Source: Verrucomicrobiota bacterium
Lineage (GTDB): Bacteria; Verrucomicrobiota; Verrucomicrobiia; Limisphaerales; VHCN01
NCBI GenBank assembly: GCA_016871675.1
Contig: VHCN01000005.1
Span: 384-64,383 of the forward strand
Reading direction: 5' to 3'
DNA length: 64,000 nucleotides
The translations under genes were made by a program, and so were the position numbers. Position 1 is the first letter of the stretch, and each line of letters opens with the position of its first letter. This document shows positions 13,096 through 22,091 of this stretch, in pieces. The notes below the pieces were generated by a model, which worked only from the letters and a program-made list of their open reading frames with translations, did no database searches and was not told the origin of the DNA.

Positions 13096-13317
13096 GCCGT
13101 GATCTCGATTCAGGCCGTTCCAATTCCCTTCCGGACAGACGAGGCTTCCGCGAGCAAGAGCCGATTCCACGCCCGGCCGGGCGAATCTGGCATGAAATCG
13201 GAAAGAAAAAGTTGGCGTTGCCTCGCCGTCGCTGGCAAATCAACCCGGTGACGCGCGTGAAAGCGTCCGCCCGGACGTGTTCCCGACCGTGCGCGAAGCG
13301 CGACACGCACTACAACG

Positions 13318-14202
13318 ATGAGCAGCAAGAAGCCCGTCCTCCGCCTCGGCCTGCCCAAGGGCAGCCTGCAGGACGCCACACTCGAGAAGTTCGCCAAGGC
13401 CGGATTCAACATCCACGCCAGCGGACGCTCCTACATCCCCTACGTGGACGACGAGGAGCTGCAAGTCCGCCTGATTCGCGCGCAGGAAATCAGCCGATAC
13501 GTCGAGCACGGCTACCTCGACGCGGGCATCACCGGGCACGACTGGATCGTCGAAAACGGCTCCAAGGTCCATGAGGTCGGCGAGTTCATCTTCAGCAAGG
13601 TCAGCCGCAAGCCGACGAAGTGGGTGCTGTGCGTCCCGGAGAATTCGCCGGTCAAGTCCGTGAAGGATCTCCAAGGCAAGCGCATCGCCACCGAGGTCGT
13701 GCGGCTCACGCGCAGCTATCTGCGCAAGCACAAGGTCAAGGCCGAGGTCGAGTTCTCGTGGGGCGCGACCGAGGTGAAGGCGCACGAGCTTGTGGACGCC
13801 ATCGTCGAGGTCACGGAGACCGGGTCGTCGCTTCGCGCGAACAACCTGCGCATCGTGGACACGCTGCTGACCTCCACGCCGCGGCTCATCGCCAACCACG
13901 AATCGTGGAAAGACGCGTGGAAGCGGCGCAAGGTCGAGACGCTCGCGCTGCTGCTGCGCGGCGCGCTCGAGGCCGAGTCGAAGGTCGGGCTGAAGATGAA
14001 CATCGCGCAGAAGAACCTCGCCGCGCTGCTCGCGAGCCTGCCCGCGCTGCGCAACCCGACCATCTCGCAGTTGAGCCAGCCCGGCTGGGTCGCCGTCGAG
14101 ACGATCATCGACGAGCGGGTCGTGCGCGAACTCATCCCGCAGCTCAAGGCGGCGGGCGCGGAAGGAATCATTGAGTATCCTCTGAACAAGGTAGTATATT
14201 GA
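13318..14202 (+). CDS. hisG: ATP phosphoribosyltransferase, long form
   Basis: [62 protein letters not shown], plus a C-terminal regulatory domain. 294 aa, typical of long-form HisG. Confidence 0.9.
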   Translation: MSSKKPVLRLGLPKGSLQDATLEKFAKAGFNIHASGRSYIPYVDDEELQVRLIRAQEISRYVEHGYLDAGITGHDWIVENGSKVHEVGEFIFSKVSRKPTKWVLCVPENSPVKSVKDLQGKRIATEVVRLTRSYLRKHKVKAEVEFSWGATEVKAHELVDAIVEVTETGSSLRANNLRIVDTLLTSTPRLIANHESWKDAWKRRKVETLALLLRGALEAESKVGLKMNIAQKNLAALLASLPALRNPTISQLSQPGWVAVETIIDERVVRELIPQLKAAGAEGIIEYPLNKVVY

Positions 14203-14221
14203 GCGCCGTTCAAAAAACGCT

Positions 14222-14323
14222 ATGGGTTCACTGAAGAAACGCCGCAAGGCGAAGATCAACAAACACAAGCGGCGGAAGAAGCTCCGCCAGCATCGTCACA
14301 AGAAGCGCACCTGGCAGAAGTAG
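14222..14323 (+). CDS. 33-aa highly basic protein, bS22-like small ribosomal protein (not in the ORF track)
   Basis: ATG at 14222 to TAG at 14321-14323 encodes MGSLKKRRKAKINKHKRRKKLRQHRHKKRTWQK. From memory this is very close to mycobacterial bS22 ([33 protein letters not shown]). A-rich leader (CAAAAAACGCT) directly upstream. Confidence 0.7.
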   Translation: MGSLKKRRKAKINKHKRRKKLRQHRHKKRTWQK

Positions 14324-14386
14324 GCGCAAGCCTCCTGCCGCGCCACGCCGGCCCGGCTCCCGCGAGGGCGCCAGGCCGGGATTCCC

Positions 14387-16126
14387 ATGCCCATGCGGCG
14401 GCCCATCCAATCGACCTGCACCGCGCTTGCGTGCGCGCTCGCGCTTTGGTGCGGGTGCGCCTCGCCGGGACCGGCGGATTCTTCCGGGGCTTCCGGTGCG
14501 GCGATGCCTGCCGCCAGGCAGGCGGCAAAGGCGAAGCCTGCACCCGCACCGGCAACCGCCGGGCCTTCCATCGCGGAGCAGATTGAACAACGCGCGCAGG
14601 CGCTCGCACACTACGCGGCCGGCGTGAGCTTCGAGCTCCAGAAGAAGCCGGACGCCGCGCTCGAGGAGTTCATGCTCGCGGCCATCAGCGACCCGGCAAA
14701 CGAGGAACTCGTGCTCGACGTCGCCCGCCAGCTCATCCGCAAGCGCAACGAGCCATCATCCGACAAGGTGCTCGCGCTCCTGCGCCGGGCGGCCCGGCAG
14801 CCCACGGCCAGCGCCGCGATTGACGCGATGCTCGGCGTCGCGCTCGCGCAAGCCGGCCAGCTCGACGAGGCGCTCGCCGCGAGCCGCATCGCGATCAAGA
14901 AAGACCCGAAGCACTTCCAGGGCTGGCAGACCGCCGCCCAGGTTCACCTGCAGGCGAACCGCCCGCAGGATGCGCTGAAGGTAATCGACGAGGCGGCGAA
15001 GATCGCGAACGGCCTCGGGCCGCTCACCGACGTCGCGGACCTTTACGGCACATGGCTCCGCGCGAACGCGGCGAAGATCGACGTCGTCAAGCCGCGGATT
15101 CTCTCGGTGGTGGAGGACGCCGTGAAGCTTCAGCCCACGTCGCCCGCGACCATCCAGCGGCTCGCGGAAAACTACCGGCTCGCGGGGGAATTCTCCAAGG
15201 CGGCGGACCTCTACTCCGGCTTGCTGAAGCGCTTCCCCAACCAGCCCGCATTGCGCGAGCGGCTCATCGACCTCTACCTGCGCGGCAACGACCACAAGGC
15301 GGCCACCGAGCAGCTCGAAGGTGTGCTGCGCCAGGCTCCCAACAATCCGCAGGCGCACTTCTTCCTCGGCGCCATCGCGCACGAGCAGAAAGACTACGAC
15401 AAGGCGGCGGGACTCTTCGAGCAGGCGCTCCGGCTCGACCCGACGATGGAGCAGGCCTACTGGGAGTTGGTTTCCGTGCGCTTCGCACAGGACAAGACGA
15501 AGGAAGTCCTGGAGGTGCTCGCGCGCGCGCGGACGCGGTTTCCGGAGAGTTTCATCCTCGAATTCTACAGCGGACTGGCGCACAGCCGGCTGAAGGACTA
15601 CGCGAAATCCGCCACGCACCTCACGAAGGCCGAGGCGATCGCAACGAAAGACGAACCGGCGCGCCTCACGCATGCGTTCTACTTCCAGCTCGGGGCCGCG
15701 CACGAGCGCAACAAGAACATCTCCGAAGCCGAGCGCTACTTCGAGATGAGCCTCAAGCTGCAACCCGACTTCGCCGAGGCACTCAACTACCTCGGCTACA
15801 TGTGGGCCGAACGCGGCGTGAACCTCGACCGCGCCAGGGTGATGATCGAGCAGGCGGTGAAGCAGGAACCCGAAAACGCCGCCTTCCTCGACAGCCTCGG
15901 CTGGGTGCTCTTCAAGCTCGGCAAGCACAAGGAAGCCCTCGACTGGCTGATCAAGTCCGCGCAGCACTTGAAGGAACCCGACGCCACGATCTTCGACCAT
16001 ATCGGCGACGTGTATCTCGCGCTCAACCAACCCGCCAAGGCCCGCGAGCACTGGACCAAGGCCCTCTCCATCGAACCCGACAACGCCGACATCAAGAAGA
16101 AGCTTGCCGACCCGGGAAAGCAGTGA
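14387..16126 (+). CDS. Exported TPR-repeat protein (probable lipoprotein)
   Basis: Signal peptide with Cys-containing end (CALALWCGCASPG), then repeated TPR helices along the whole length (e.g. AEALNYLGYMWAERGVNLDRARVMIEQAVKQEPENAAFLDSLGWVLFKLGKHKEAL). Confidence 0.8.
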   Translation: MPMRRPIQSTCTALACALALWCGCASPGPADSSGASGAAMPAARQAAKAKPAPAPATAGPSIAEQIEQRAQALAHYAAGVSFELQKKPDAALEEFMLAAISDPANEELVLDVARQLIRKRNEPSSDKVLALLRRAARQPTASAAIDAMLGVALAQAGQLDEALAASRIAIKKDPKHFQGWQTAAQVHLQANRPQDALKVIDEAAKIANGLGPLTDVADLYGTWLRANAAKIDVVKPRILSVVEDAVKLQPTSPATIQRLAENYRLAGEFSKAADLYSGLLKRFPNQPALRERLIDLYLRGNDHKAATEQLEGVLRQAPNNPQAHFFLGAIAHEQKDYDKAAGLFEQALRLDPTMEQAYWELVSVRFAQDKTKEVLEVLARARTRFPESFILEFYSGLAHSRLKDYAKSATHLTKAEAIATKDEPARLTHAFYFQLGAAHERNKNISEAERYFEMSLKLQPDFAEALNYLGYMWAERGVNLDRARVMIEQAVKQEPENAAFLDSLGWVLFKLGKHKEALDWLIKSAQHLKEPDATIFDHIGDVYLALNQPAKAREHWTKALSIEPDNADIKKKLADPGKQ

Positions 16127-16219
16127 AGTGATCCGTGAGACGCGGGAACGCTCCTGCGTGGAGCGAGCACACCGGGCCGTTTCCAGCCGCCGACGACGCA
16201 CTCCACACCTTCACGCTCC

Positions 16220-16606
16220 GTGCCCTTCCGATTCAAGCATCACTACACCATCGCCGAGGCGCGGGAACTTCTCCCGAAGGTCAGCCAGTGGCTCGTGAAG
16301 GCGCGGAAGGCGCGCGAGGACTACCTGCGGCTCGAAGACCGCGTCGGGGGATTGCTCCGCGGCGGGGCCGACGTGGGCGGTGACCTGGCCAATCGCTGGG
16401 TCCGCGCCTTGGCTGACTTGCGCGACATCCTGCGCGAGTTTCATTCCCGGGAAATCGAGGTGAAGGACCTCGACCGCGGCCTGGTGGACTTCCCGGGCAT
16501 CGTCGGCGGCAAGGAAGTCTTCCTGTGCTGGGAGGAAGGCGAGGAAGACATCGAGTTCTGGCACGACCTCGAATCGGGCTACGCCGGCCGCACGCGGCTG
16601 GAGTAA
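16220..16606 (+). CDS. DUF2203-family protein
   Basis: FKHHYTIAEARELLPKV...REIEVKDLDRGLVDFPGIVGGKEVFLCWEEGEEDIEFWHDLESGYAGR matches my memory of the DUF2203 pattern. GTG start. Confidence 0.55.
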   Translation: MPFRFKHHYTIAEARELLPKVSQWLVKARKAREDYLRLEDRVGGLLRGGADVGGDLANRWVRALADLRDILREFHSREIEVKDLDRGLVDFPGIVGGKEVFLCWEEGEEDIEFWHDLESGYAGRTRLE

Positions 16607-16625
16607 CGGCCGGCGGCCGCGCCGT
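16606..16625. terminator. GC-rich hairpin between convergent genes (possible bidirectional terminator)
   Basis: ACGGCCGGC-G-GCCGCGCCGT, an imperfect palindrome. It sits in the 29-nt gap between the DUF2203 stop (16606) and the lpoB stop (16636). No U-tract. Confidence 0.3.
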
Positions 16626-16635
16626 CAGGCGCAAC

Positions 16636-17223
16636 TCACAGTCCGAGGAACGTCCGCTTCGAATACTTCGAGATGATTTTCTGATCCTCCCAGACCGCGA
16701 TGCCGTTCACATCCGTGAGCGACAGTTGGAAGACATAGGAGGTCGTCTTCGCGTTGCCCTGTTGCTGCCGGTTTTCGAGGATCTTTCCGGACAGCGTGTA
16801 GCTCGGGTCGGGGACGCGGTTCGGCCCGCCGGCGGCGGCGCGCTTGGCGGCCAGCTCCTTCGCGAGCGGGTCCTCGGCCGTGCCGCCGAGGCCGACGGTC
16901 GTGGTGGTGACGATCTTCCCGCTCTTGTTCAGCGCGATGCGGATGTTCTTCACGAGCAGGTCGGTGTCCACCTGCTGCGTCGTGTTGTTCGCGATGCGGC
17001 TGATGGCCATGACCGCCGCCGAGTCGGGTGGCGTCACGATGCGACCGGAGCTCAGCAGCGACTGGATCATCGCCTCGGACGCCGTGAGCCAGTCCTTGAT
17101 GTCAATGCCGCCCGCGGTGGTGACCGCGCGCTCGCCGGTCGGCTCGATGCGCGAGACTTTGCCGGTGGCGCAAGCCACGAGCAGCACGGCCACGGCGGTA
17201 GTGAGCAGGAGGGGAGATTTCAT
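16636..17223 (-). CDS. lpoB: Penicillin-binding protein activator LpoB-like outer-membrane lipoprotein (COG3417)
   Basis: Lipoprotein signal (LLVACATGK). Conserved stretch GGIDIKDWLTASEAMIQSLLSSGRI...AISRIANNTTQQVDTDLLVKNIRIALNKSGK is typical of the LpoB family. Confidence 0.7.
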   Translation of the reverse strand: MKSPLLLTTAVAVLLVACATGKVSRIEPTGERAVTTAGGIDIKDWLTASEAMIQSLLSSGRIVTPPDSAAVMAISRIANNTTQQVDTDLLVKNIRIALNKSGKIVTTTTVGLGGTAEDPLAKELAAKRAAAGGPNRVPDPSYTLSGKILENRQQQGNAKTTSYVFQLSLTDVNGIAVWEDQKIISKYSKRTFLGL

Positions 17224-17266
17224 GGTTGGGATGGTTTCGAGTTTCGGGTTTCTGGTTTGTAATTCT

Positions 17267-17292
17267 GCGTGGCGCGTGGCGCGTGGCGCGTG
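17267..17292. repeat. Tandem heptamer repeat GCGTGGC x3.7 in the ycfL-lpoB spacer
   Basis: GCGTGGC GCGTGGC GCGTGGC GCGTG read directly. Its reverse complement (GCCACGC) belongs to the same unit family as the addA repeat at 11447. It runs into an imperfect hairpin whose core is CGTGAAGA (17289-17296) paired with TCTTCACG (17314-17321). Confidence 0.85.
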
Positions 17293-17342
17293 AAGAACCG
17301 AACGCGGTCCGCCTCTTCACGCCCCGCGCACCACGCTCCAGG

Positions 17343-17762
17343 TCACGGCGTTTCCATGAACTTGAATCGAAAATCCTTCGCGGTGGCGTTCGGCGCGACC
17401 GCGGTCAGGAAGAGCGCTTCGCCGCCCTCAATCTGCCGGGTGATCGACGTGCTGGCCGGCGTGTCCACGAGCACCCCGTTCGCATCGAACCACTCCACTT
17501 TGTAGCTGAAGCTCTTCTTCCACGGGCCGGTGTTGTGCACCTCGACCTGCACCTTGATGAAGCCGTCCGGTGTCGCGCCCTCGGACAAACCGATGATCCG
17601 CACCGCGCGGTTGAGGCTGCGATCCGTGATGACCCGTTTGTCGGAGACGAGGTGGCGCTCGCCGACGGTCTGCGCGCGCTCGACGGTGTTGACGCCGGTG
17701 CTGCGGCAGCCCGCGAGCACGAGCACGGCGAATGCGGCGAGCAGGGGAGTCGTGGCGTTCAT
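17343..17762 (-). CDS. YcfL-like (DUF1425) periplasmic lipoprotein
   Basis: MNATTPLLAAFAVLVLAGC lipobox. FIKVQVEVHNTGPWKKSFSYKVEWFDANGVLV is the typical YcfL beta-sandwich signature. ATG at 17762 overlaps the upstream stop (ATGA). The 388-aa track ORF is a run-on. Confidence 0.7.
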   Translation of the reverse strand: MNATTPLLAAFAVLVLAGCRSTGVNTVERAQTVGERHLVSDKRVITDRSLNRAVRIIGLSEGATPDGFIKVQVEVHNTGPWKKSFSYKVEWFDANGVLVDTPASTSITRQIEGGEALFLTAVAPNATAKDFRFKFMETP

Positions 17763-19189
17763 GGAAGGGTCGCGTGCGAGACAAGCATCGGCGTGTTCGG
17801 GGTGATGGATTTGACGAAGACGATGTTGACGCGGCCTCCGCCGACCGTCACGTCCGCGCGCTGGCCGGATGCCGGCGCGTAAAGCGCGAGCTTGCGGTCG
17901 GGCGGCGTCGGCACGCGGGCAATCTGCACCTGTTTGGGCAGTGTTGTCCACGTCCGCGTGTCGGCGACATTGATGGCCATCTGCGTGAGCGCCGTGCCGA
18001 GCTTGGCGATGAACGCCGTGAAGTCGCCCCGATGCTCCGCCTCGGTGTTGATTGTGTATGTCGCGGTCGCCTTCAACGCCGCGGAAACGAGTGTCTTGGT
18101 CACGATCGCCGGCAGTTCGTCCTGGAAATCGCGCGCGACGATGGCGTCGAGGTCCGCGACCACGCCGGTGGTCTCGGTGACGCCGCCCGCGGTGACGGTG
18201 AGCGACGACGCGAAGTTCTCGAGGAAAACCAGCTTCGGAAACGCCATGCCGATGTAGGAAAGTCGCGTGACGAACAGCGGCACCTCGACCTTCACCTCGT
18301 CGCGCATCGGCGCGCGGCCCGTTTCGAAGACCACCCACGTCATCGCGGGCATCGGCTGGCCGGCCATGCGGGACTTCACCAGGTCGAGGTCGGCCTTCAC
18401 GAAACGCTTCTCGGGCGCAGCCGCGAGCGCCTGCTCGAACGCCTTGTGCGCGCGCTCGAGGTCCGCGCCGTCTCCCGCGTGCGCGAGATGAAACAGCCCG
18501 TAAGCCCACGTCGCAAACGGATTCACATAGAGCCCCTCGGCCTTGAACCGGCCGGGGAACGCGCCCTCGCCGCCGAGCGCGGTCCGGAGTTGCGGATGCT
18601 CGCGCGCCTGCCGCACGGCGTCGCGCACGGGCGGCTGGAGCGATGCGAGTTCGGACTCCGCGCGCTGGATGCGCCGCTCCTTCAAGGCGCGCGACTCCTC
18701 CTGCCGCTTGAGGACGCGGTTGAACTCGACGCGTGCCTTGTCTGGTTCGCCGAGTTGGAGGTGATTGAGCGCCTTGTAAGTGTTGAGCATCACGCGGTCA
18801 TAACCGCGGCCCTCATAGGGGAGGTTGGCGAGATTGCTGATGAGCGCCGCAGCCTCGGAGCCGAGGTGCACGCGCGGGCCGGCGTCGAACTGCTCGATGC
18901 GCGCCTCGGCCGCGTCGAATGCGGCGTTGCTCTCCAGATACCGCCACGACGCGCGCAACGCCGCGCCCTGTTCGAGCCGCCAGATGATCGCATCGCGCTG
19001 CTTGTTCGAGCCGCGCGTGAACTCCTGCGCCGCGCCCTGGAAATTCCCCGCCTGCCACTGCATCGTCGCGGATTGCGCCTGATCACGGTAAGTCGTGCAG
19101 CCGGCACCCGACGCAAGCGCGACGGTGAGTGCGAGCAGGGAGAACAACCGCGCGGCGGAAGGTGGATGCGATGCGGTCACGTCAGTCAC
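17759..19189 (-). CDS. COG3014-like helical-repeat lipoprotein, partner of the LpoB/YcfL genes
   Basis: Lipobox ALASGAGC, then a TPR-like helical N-half and a beta-rich C-half. Same strand as ycfL-lpoB and start/stop-coupled to them. I recall this trio as a conserved cluster (Campylobacter Cj0089-Cj0091 type). GTG start. Confidence 0.5.
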   Translation of the reverse strand: MTDVTASHPPSAARLFSLLALTVALASGAGCTTYRDQAQSATMQWQAGNFQGAAQEFTRGSNKQRDAIIWRLEQGAALRASWRYLESNAAFDAAEARIEQFDAGPRVHLGSEAAALISNLANLPYEGRGYDRVMLNTYKALNHLQLGEPDKARVEFNRVLKRQEESRALKERRIQRAESELASLQPPVRDAVRQAREHPQLRTALGGEGAFPGRFKAEGLYVNPFATWAYGLFHLAHAGDGADLERAHKAFEQALAAAPEKRFVKADLDLVKSRMAGQPMPAMTWVVFETGRAPMRDEVKVEVPLFVTRLSYIGMAFPKLVFLENFASSLTVTAGGVTETTGVVADLDAIVARDFQDELPAIVTKTLVSAALKATATYTINTEAEHRGDFTAFIAKLGTALTQMAINVADTRTWTTLPKQVQIARVPTPPDRKLALYAPASGQRADVTVGGGRVNIVFVKSITPNTPMLVSHATLP

Positions 19190-19219
19190 GGGCTTGGACG
19201 GGCGGCGGCGGGGTTTCGT

Positions 19220-19369
19220 TCAGAAGGAGTGACCTGGCGGAACAACGGAGCCGCCAGACCGCCGGCCACCGCGGCCGCCCATCCACTCGATGTTGTTCCC
19301 GGACAGCACGGCCACGTGGACGACTGGAATCAACCACGCCATCCAGAACACCGTCGCGTCCGCGCGCAC
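19220..19369 (-). CDS. Possible small hydrophobic protein (40-49 aa) upstream of the lipoprotein operon
   Basis: Unlisted ORF (V)RADATVFWMAWLIPVVHVAVLSGNNIEWMGGRGGRRSGGSVVPPGHSF*, with strongly G/C third positions. ATG at 19342 or GTG at 19369. Ends 30 nt before the COG3014-like gene. No family recognised. Confidence 0.25.
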   Translation of the reverse strand: MRADATVFWMAWLIPVVHVAVLSGNNIEWMGGRGGRRSGGSVVPPGHSF

Positions 19370-19507
19370 CAATCCCGAGTAACCCGCGACTGCGAGCAGG
19401 AGATCGTCCCGGTGTTTCTGCCTTCGATCTCAGGAGCCGCCGTGGCTGCCGGCGAGTAACTCAGGCTCGCCAGAGCGCGTCTGAACCGCGACACTCCGCC
19501 CCGCGTC

Positions 19508-20557
19508 ATGAATACGAACCGAACGTTGGCCGCACTCACCGCAACCTTCATCGTCCTCGCGCTGTCCGCCCTGCCCGCCCGCGCGCAGAAGACCGACGGA
19601 TTCTCGTTCAGGGACACGCCCGGCAAGCATCTCGATGTGCTGCACGGCAACCGCACGATGCTGCGGTTCATGTATGCCTTCGACGAGACCTCGCCCGACA
19701 CGCGCCTCGCCACCTACAAGCCCTACCTGCACGTGTTCGACGTTTCCGGCGAACTCATGCTGACCAAGGGCGCCGGCGGCACGTTCACGCATCATCGCGG
19801 CATCTTCATCGGGTGGAACAAGGTCACGTTCGGCGGCGCGGTGCATGACCTCTGGCACATGCCCAAGGGCGCGCAGGTTCACCAGAAGTTCACGTCGCAG
19901 AAGGGCGGGCCCGCGGAGGCGGAGTTCACGTCCAACGTCCATTGGAAGGACAACACGGGCAAGCTGGCCATCGACGAGGAGCGCACGTTCCGGTTGCGCC
20001 GGGCCGAGGCGCCCGCGTATGCCGTGCTGGATTTCACGTCCAGGCTCCGCGCACCCAACGGCGACGTGGTGCTCGATGGCGACCCCGAGCACGCGGGCAT
20101 CCACTTCCGGCCCGCCGAGGAAGTCGAGCGCTCGCCCATCTACACCTATTCGCAGGCCGACGCCGCGCCGCACAAGGACACCGACTACGCGTGGGTGGGA
20201 GAGCAATTCAAGCTCGCGGGCCGCACGTTCAGCGTCGTGGAGATGAGCCACCCGGCGAATCCGAAAGGCACGCGCTGGTCGGCCTATCGCGACTACGGCC
20301 GCTTCGGCGCGTTCCCCGTGGCGAAGATCGAGAACGGCGGCACGCTCACGCTCCGTTACCGCTTCCTCCTGGCCGAGGGCTCCATGCCCGGCGCGGACTA
20401 CATCCACAAGAGCTACAATGAATTCGCCGGCACATCTTCGCCCACGCCCAAAGTCACCGTGCTGCCCGCCGAGAAAGGTGGACCGGCGGCCAAGGCGGAC
20501 GCGAAGAAGGCCGCCAAGAAGGCAGACCCGAAAAAGGCGGACGAGCCCAAGAAATAG
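19508..20557 (+). CDS. Exported DUF6807 (PmoA-like) family protein with a Lys-rich C-terminal tail
   Basis: Signal peptide MNTNRTLAALTATFIVLALSALPARA. YKPYLHVFD, GTFTHHRGIFIGWNKV and DLWHM are as I recall for DUF6807. Tail is KGGPAAKADAKKAAKKADPKKADEPKK. Confidence 0.55.
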   Translation: MNTNRTLAALTATFIVLALSALPARAQKTDGFSFRDTPGKHLDVLHGNRTMLRFMYAFDETSPDTRLATYKPYLHVFDVSGELMLTKGAGGTFTHHRGIFIGWNKVTFGGAVHDLWHMPKGAQVHQKFTSQKGGPAEAEFTSNVHWKDNTGKLAIDEERTFRLRRAEAPAYAVLDFTSRLRAPNGDVVLDGDPEHAGIHFRPAEEVERSPIYTYSQADAAPHKDTDYAWVGEQFKLAGRTFSVVEMSHPANPKGTRWSAYRDYGRFGAFPVAKIENGGTLTLRYRFLLAEGSMPGADYIHKSYNEFAGTSSPTPKVTVLPAEKGGPAAKADAKKAAKKADPKKADEPKK

Positions 20558-20566
20558 CCGCCCGCG

Positions 20567-22057
20567 ATGATCCGCCGCCTCACTTGTGCGCTGTTCCTTG
20601 CTGTCCCGCTGGCCGCGATGACGCGGGCTGCGGATGTCCCGAAACCCAATGTCATCGTCATCAACATCGACGACCTCGGCTACGCGGACATCGAGCCGTT
20701 CGGCTCCAAGCTCCACCCCACGCCAAACCTCAAGCGCCTCGCCGCCGAAGGGATGAAGCTCACGAGCTTCTACGGCGCGCCCGTGTGCTCGCCGTCGCGC
20801 TCGTCGCTCATGACGGGCTGCTACCCGAAACGCGTCGGCGTGCCCGCGGTGCTGTTCCCCGCGGGCGCGACGGGCATCAACGCGAGCGAACTCACCGTGG
20901 CCGAGTTGCTCAAGTTGCGCGGCTACACGACGGCCATCGTGGGCAAGTGGCACCTCGGCGACCAGCCGGAGTTCCTGCCGACGCGGCACGGCTTCGACCA
21001 TTACTTCGGCCTGCCCTACTCGAATGACATGGGCCCCGCCGCGGATGGCGTGAAAAGCAACCTCGGCGACCCGTTGCCCGCGAATCCGAAAGGCGCCGGC
21101 CAGCCCCCGCTGCCGCTGTTGCGCGGCGAAAAGGTCATCCAGCGCGTGCTCGCCGAGGACCAGACCACGCTCGTCGCGCGTTACACGGATGAGGCGGTGA
21201 AGTTCATCAAGGCCAGCAAGGACAAGCCGTTCTTCCTCTACCTGCCGCACACCGCGGTGCACTTCCCGCTTTATCCCGGCAAGGCGTTTCAGGGCAAGTC
21301 AGGCCACGGACTCTACGGCGACTGGGTTGCCGAGGTGGACTGGAGCGTCGGGCAGGTCGTGGACACCGTCCGCGAACTCGGACTCGGCGCGAAAACGCTC
21401 GTGCTCTTCACCTCCGACAACGGCGGCACCGCGCGCGGGTCGAACGCGCCGCTGCGCGGCTTCAAGGCGAGCACATGGGAAGGCGGCATGCGCGAGCCGA
21501 CCATCGCGTGGTGGCCGGGACGGATTCCACCCGGCACGAGCAGCGACGCCATCGCCAGCATGATGGACGTGCTGCCGACCGTCGTGAAACTCGCCGGCGG
21601 GGCCGTTCCCGCCGACCGCAAGCTCGACGGTGTGGACCTCTGGCCCGTGCTCAGCGGCAGCGCGAAGGAATCCTCGCGCGACGCTTTTTTCTACTTCGCC
21701 GGCAACCAGCTTCAAGCCGTGCGCTCCGGCCCGTGGAAGCTCCAACTCATCGTGCCCGGTCAGGGCGCGGGCGCCGCGAAGAAAGCCAACGCAAAGAAGG
21801 ACGCCGACAAACAAGCCGCGCCGCCCAAAGTCCCGCGCCTTTACAACCTCACCGCCGACATCGGCGAGACCACGGACGTCTCCGACACGAATCCCGAGGT
21901 CGTGAAACGACTGATGACGTTCGTCGAGAAGATGGACTCCGACCTCGGCCGTGACGGCACCGGTCCCGGCGTGCGCCCCTCCGGCCGCGTGCAGAATCCA
22001 CAACCCCTCATCGGCCACGACGGCAAAGTCCGCGAAGGCTTCGAGGCCGCGCAGTGA
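20567..22057 (+). CDS. Arylsulfatase (formylglycine-dependent sulfatase family)
   Basis: Signal peptide. NIDDLGYADIEPFGS, and the sulfatase signature CSPSRSSLMTG (CxPxR). GKWHLGD, FTSDNGG, KASTWEGGMREP. Confidence 0.9.
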   Translation: MIRRLTCALFLAVPLAAMTRAADVPKPNVIVINIDDLGYADIEPFGSKLHPTPNLKRLAAEGMKLTSFYGAPVCSPSRSSLMTGCYPKRVGVPAVLFPAGATGINASELTVAELLKLRGYTTAIVGKWHLGDQPEFLPTRHGFDHYFGLPYSNDMGPAADGVKSNLGDPLPANPKGAGQPPLPLLRGEKVIQRVLAEDQTTLVARYTDEAVKFIKASKDKPFFLYLPHTAVHFPLYPGKAFQGKSGHGLYGDWVAEVDWSVGQVVDTVRELGLGAKTLVLFTSDNGGTARGSNAPLRGFKASTWEGGMREPTIAWWPGRIPPGTSSDAIASMMDVLPTVVKLAGGAVPADRKLDGVDLWPVLSGSAKESSRDAFFYFAGNQLQAVRSGPWKLQLIVPGQGAGAAKKANAKKDADKQAAPPKVPRLYNLTADIGETTDVSDTNPEVVKRLMTFVEKMDSDLGRDGTGPGVRPSGRVQNPQPLIGHDGKVREGFEAAQ

Positions 22058-22091
22058 CTTCGCCATCCACCCACCCCAACCCACATCGCCC

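Noticed and set aside
11447-17292. Heptamer tandem repeats considered as a CRISPR array or a minisatellite mobile element.
   Set aside because: Units are 7 nt with no spacers, and arrays are only ~28 nt. No cas genes, transposase or terminal inverted repeats are nearby. They are reported simply as short tandem repeats.
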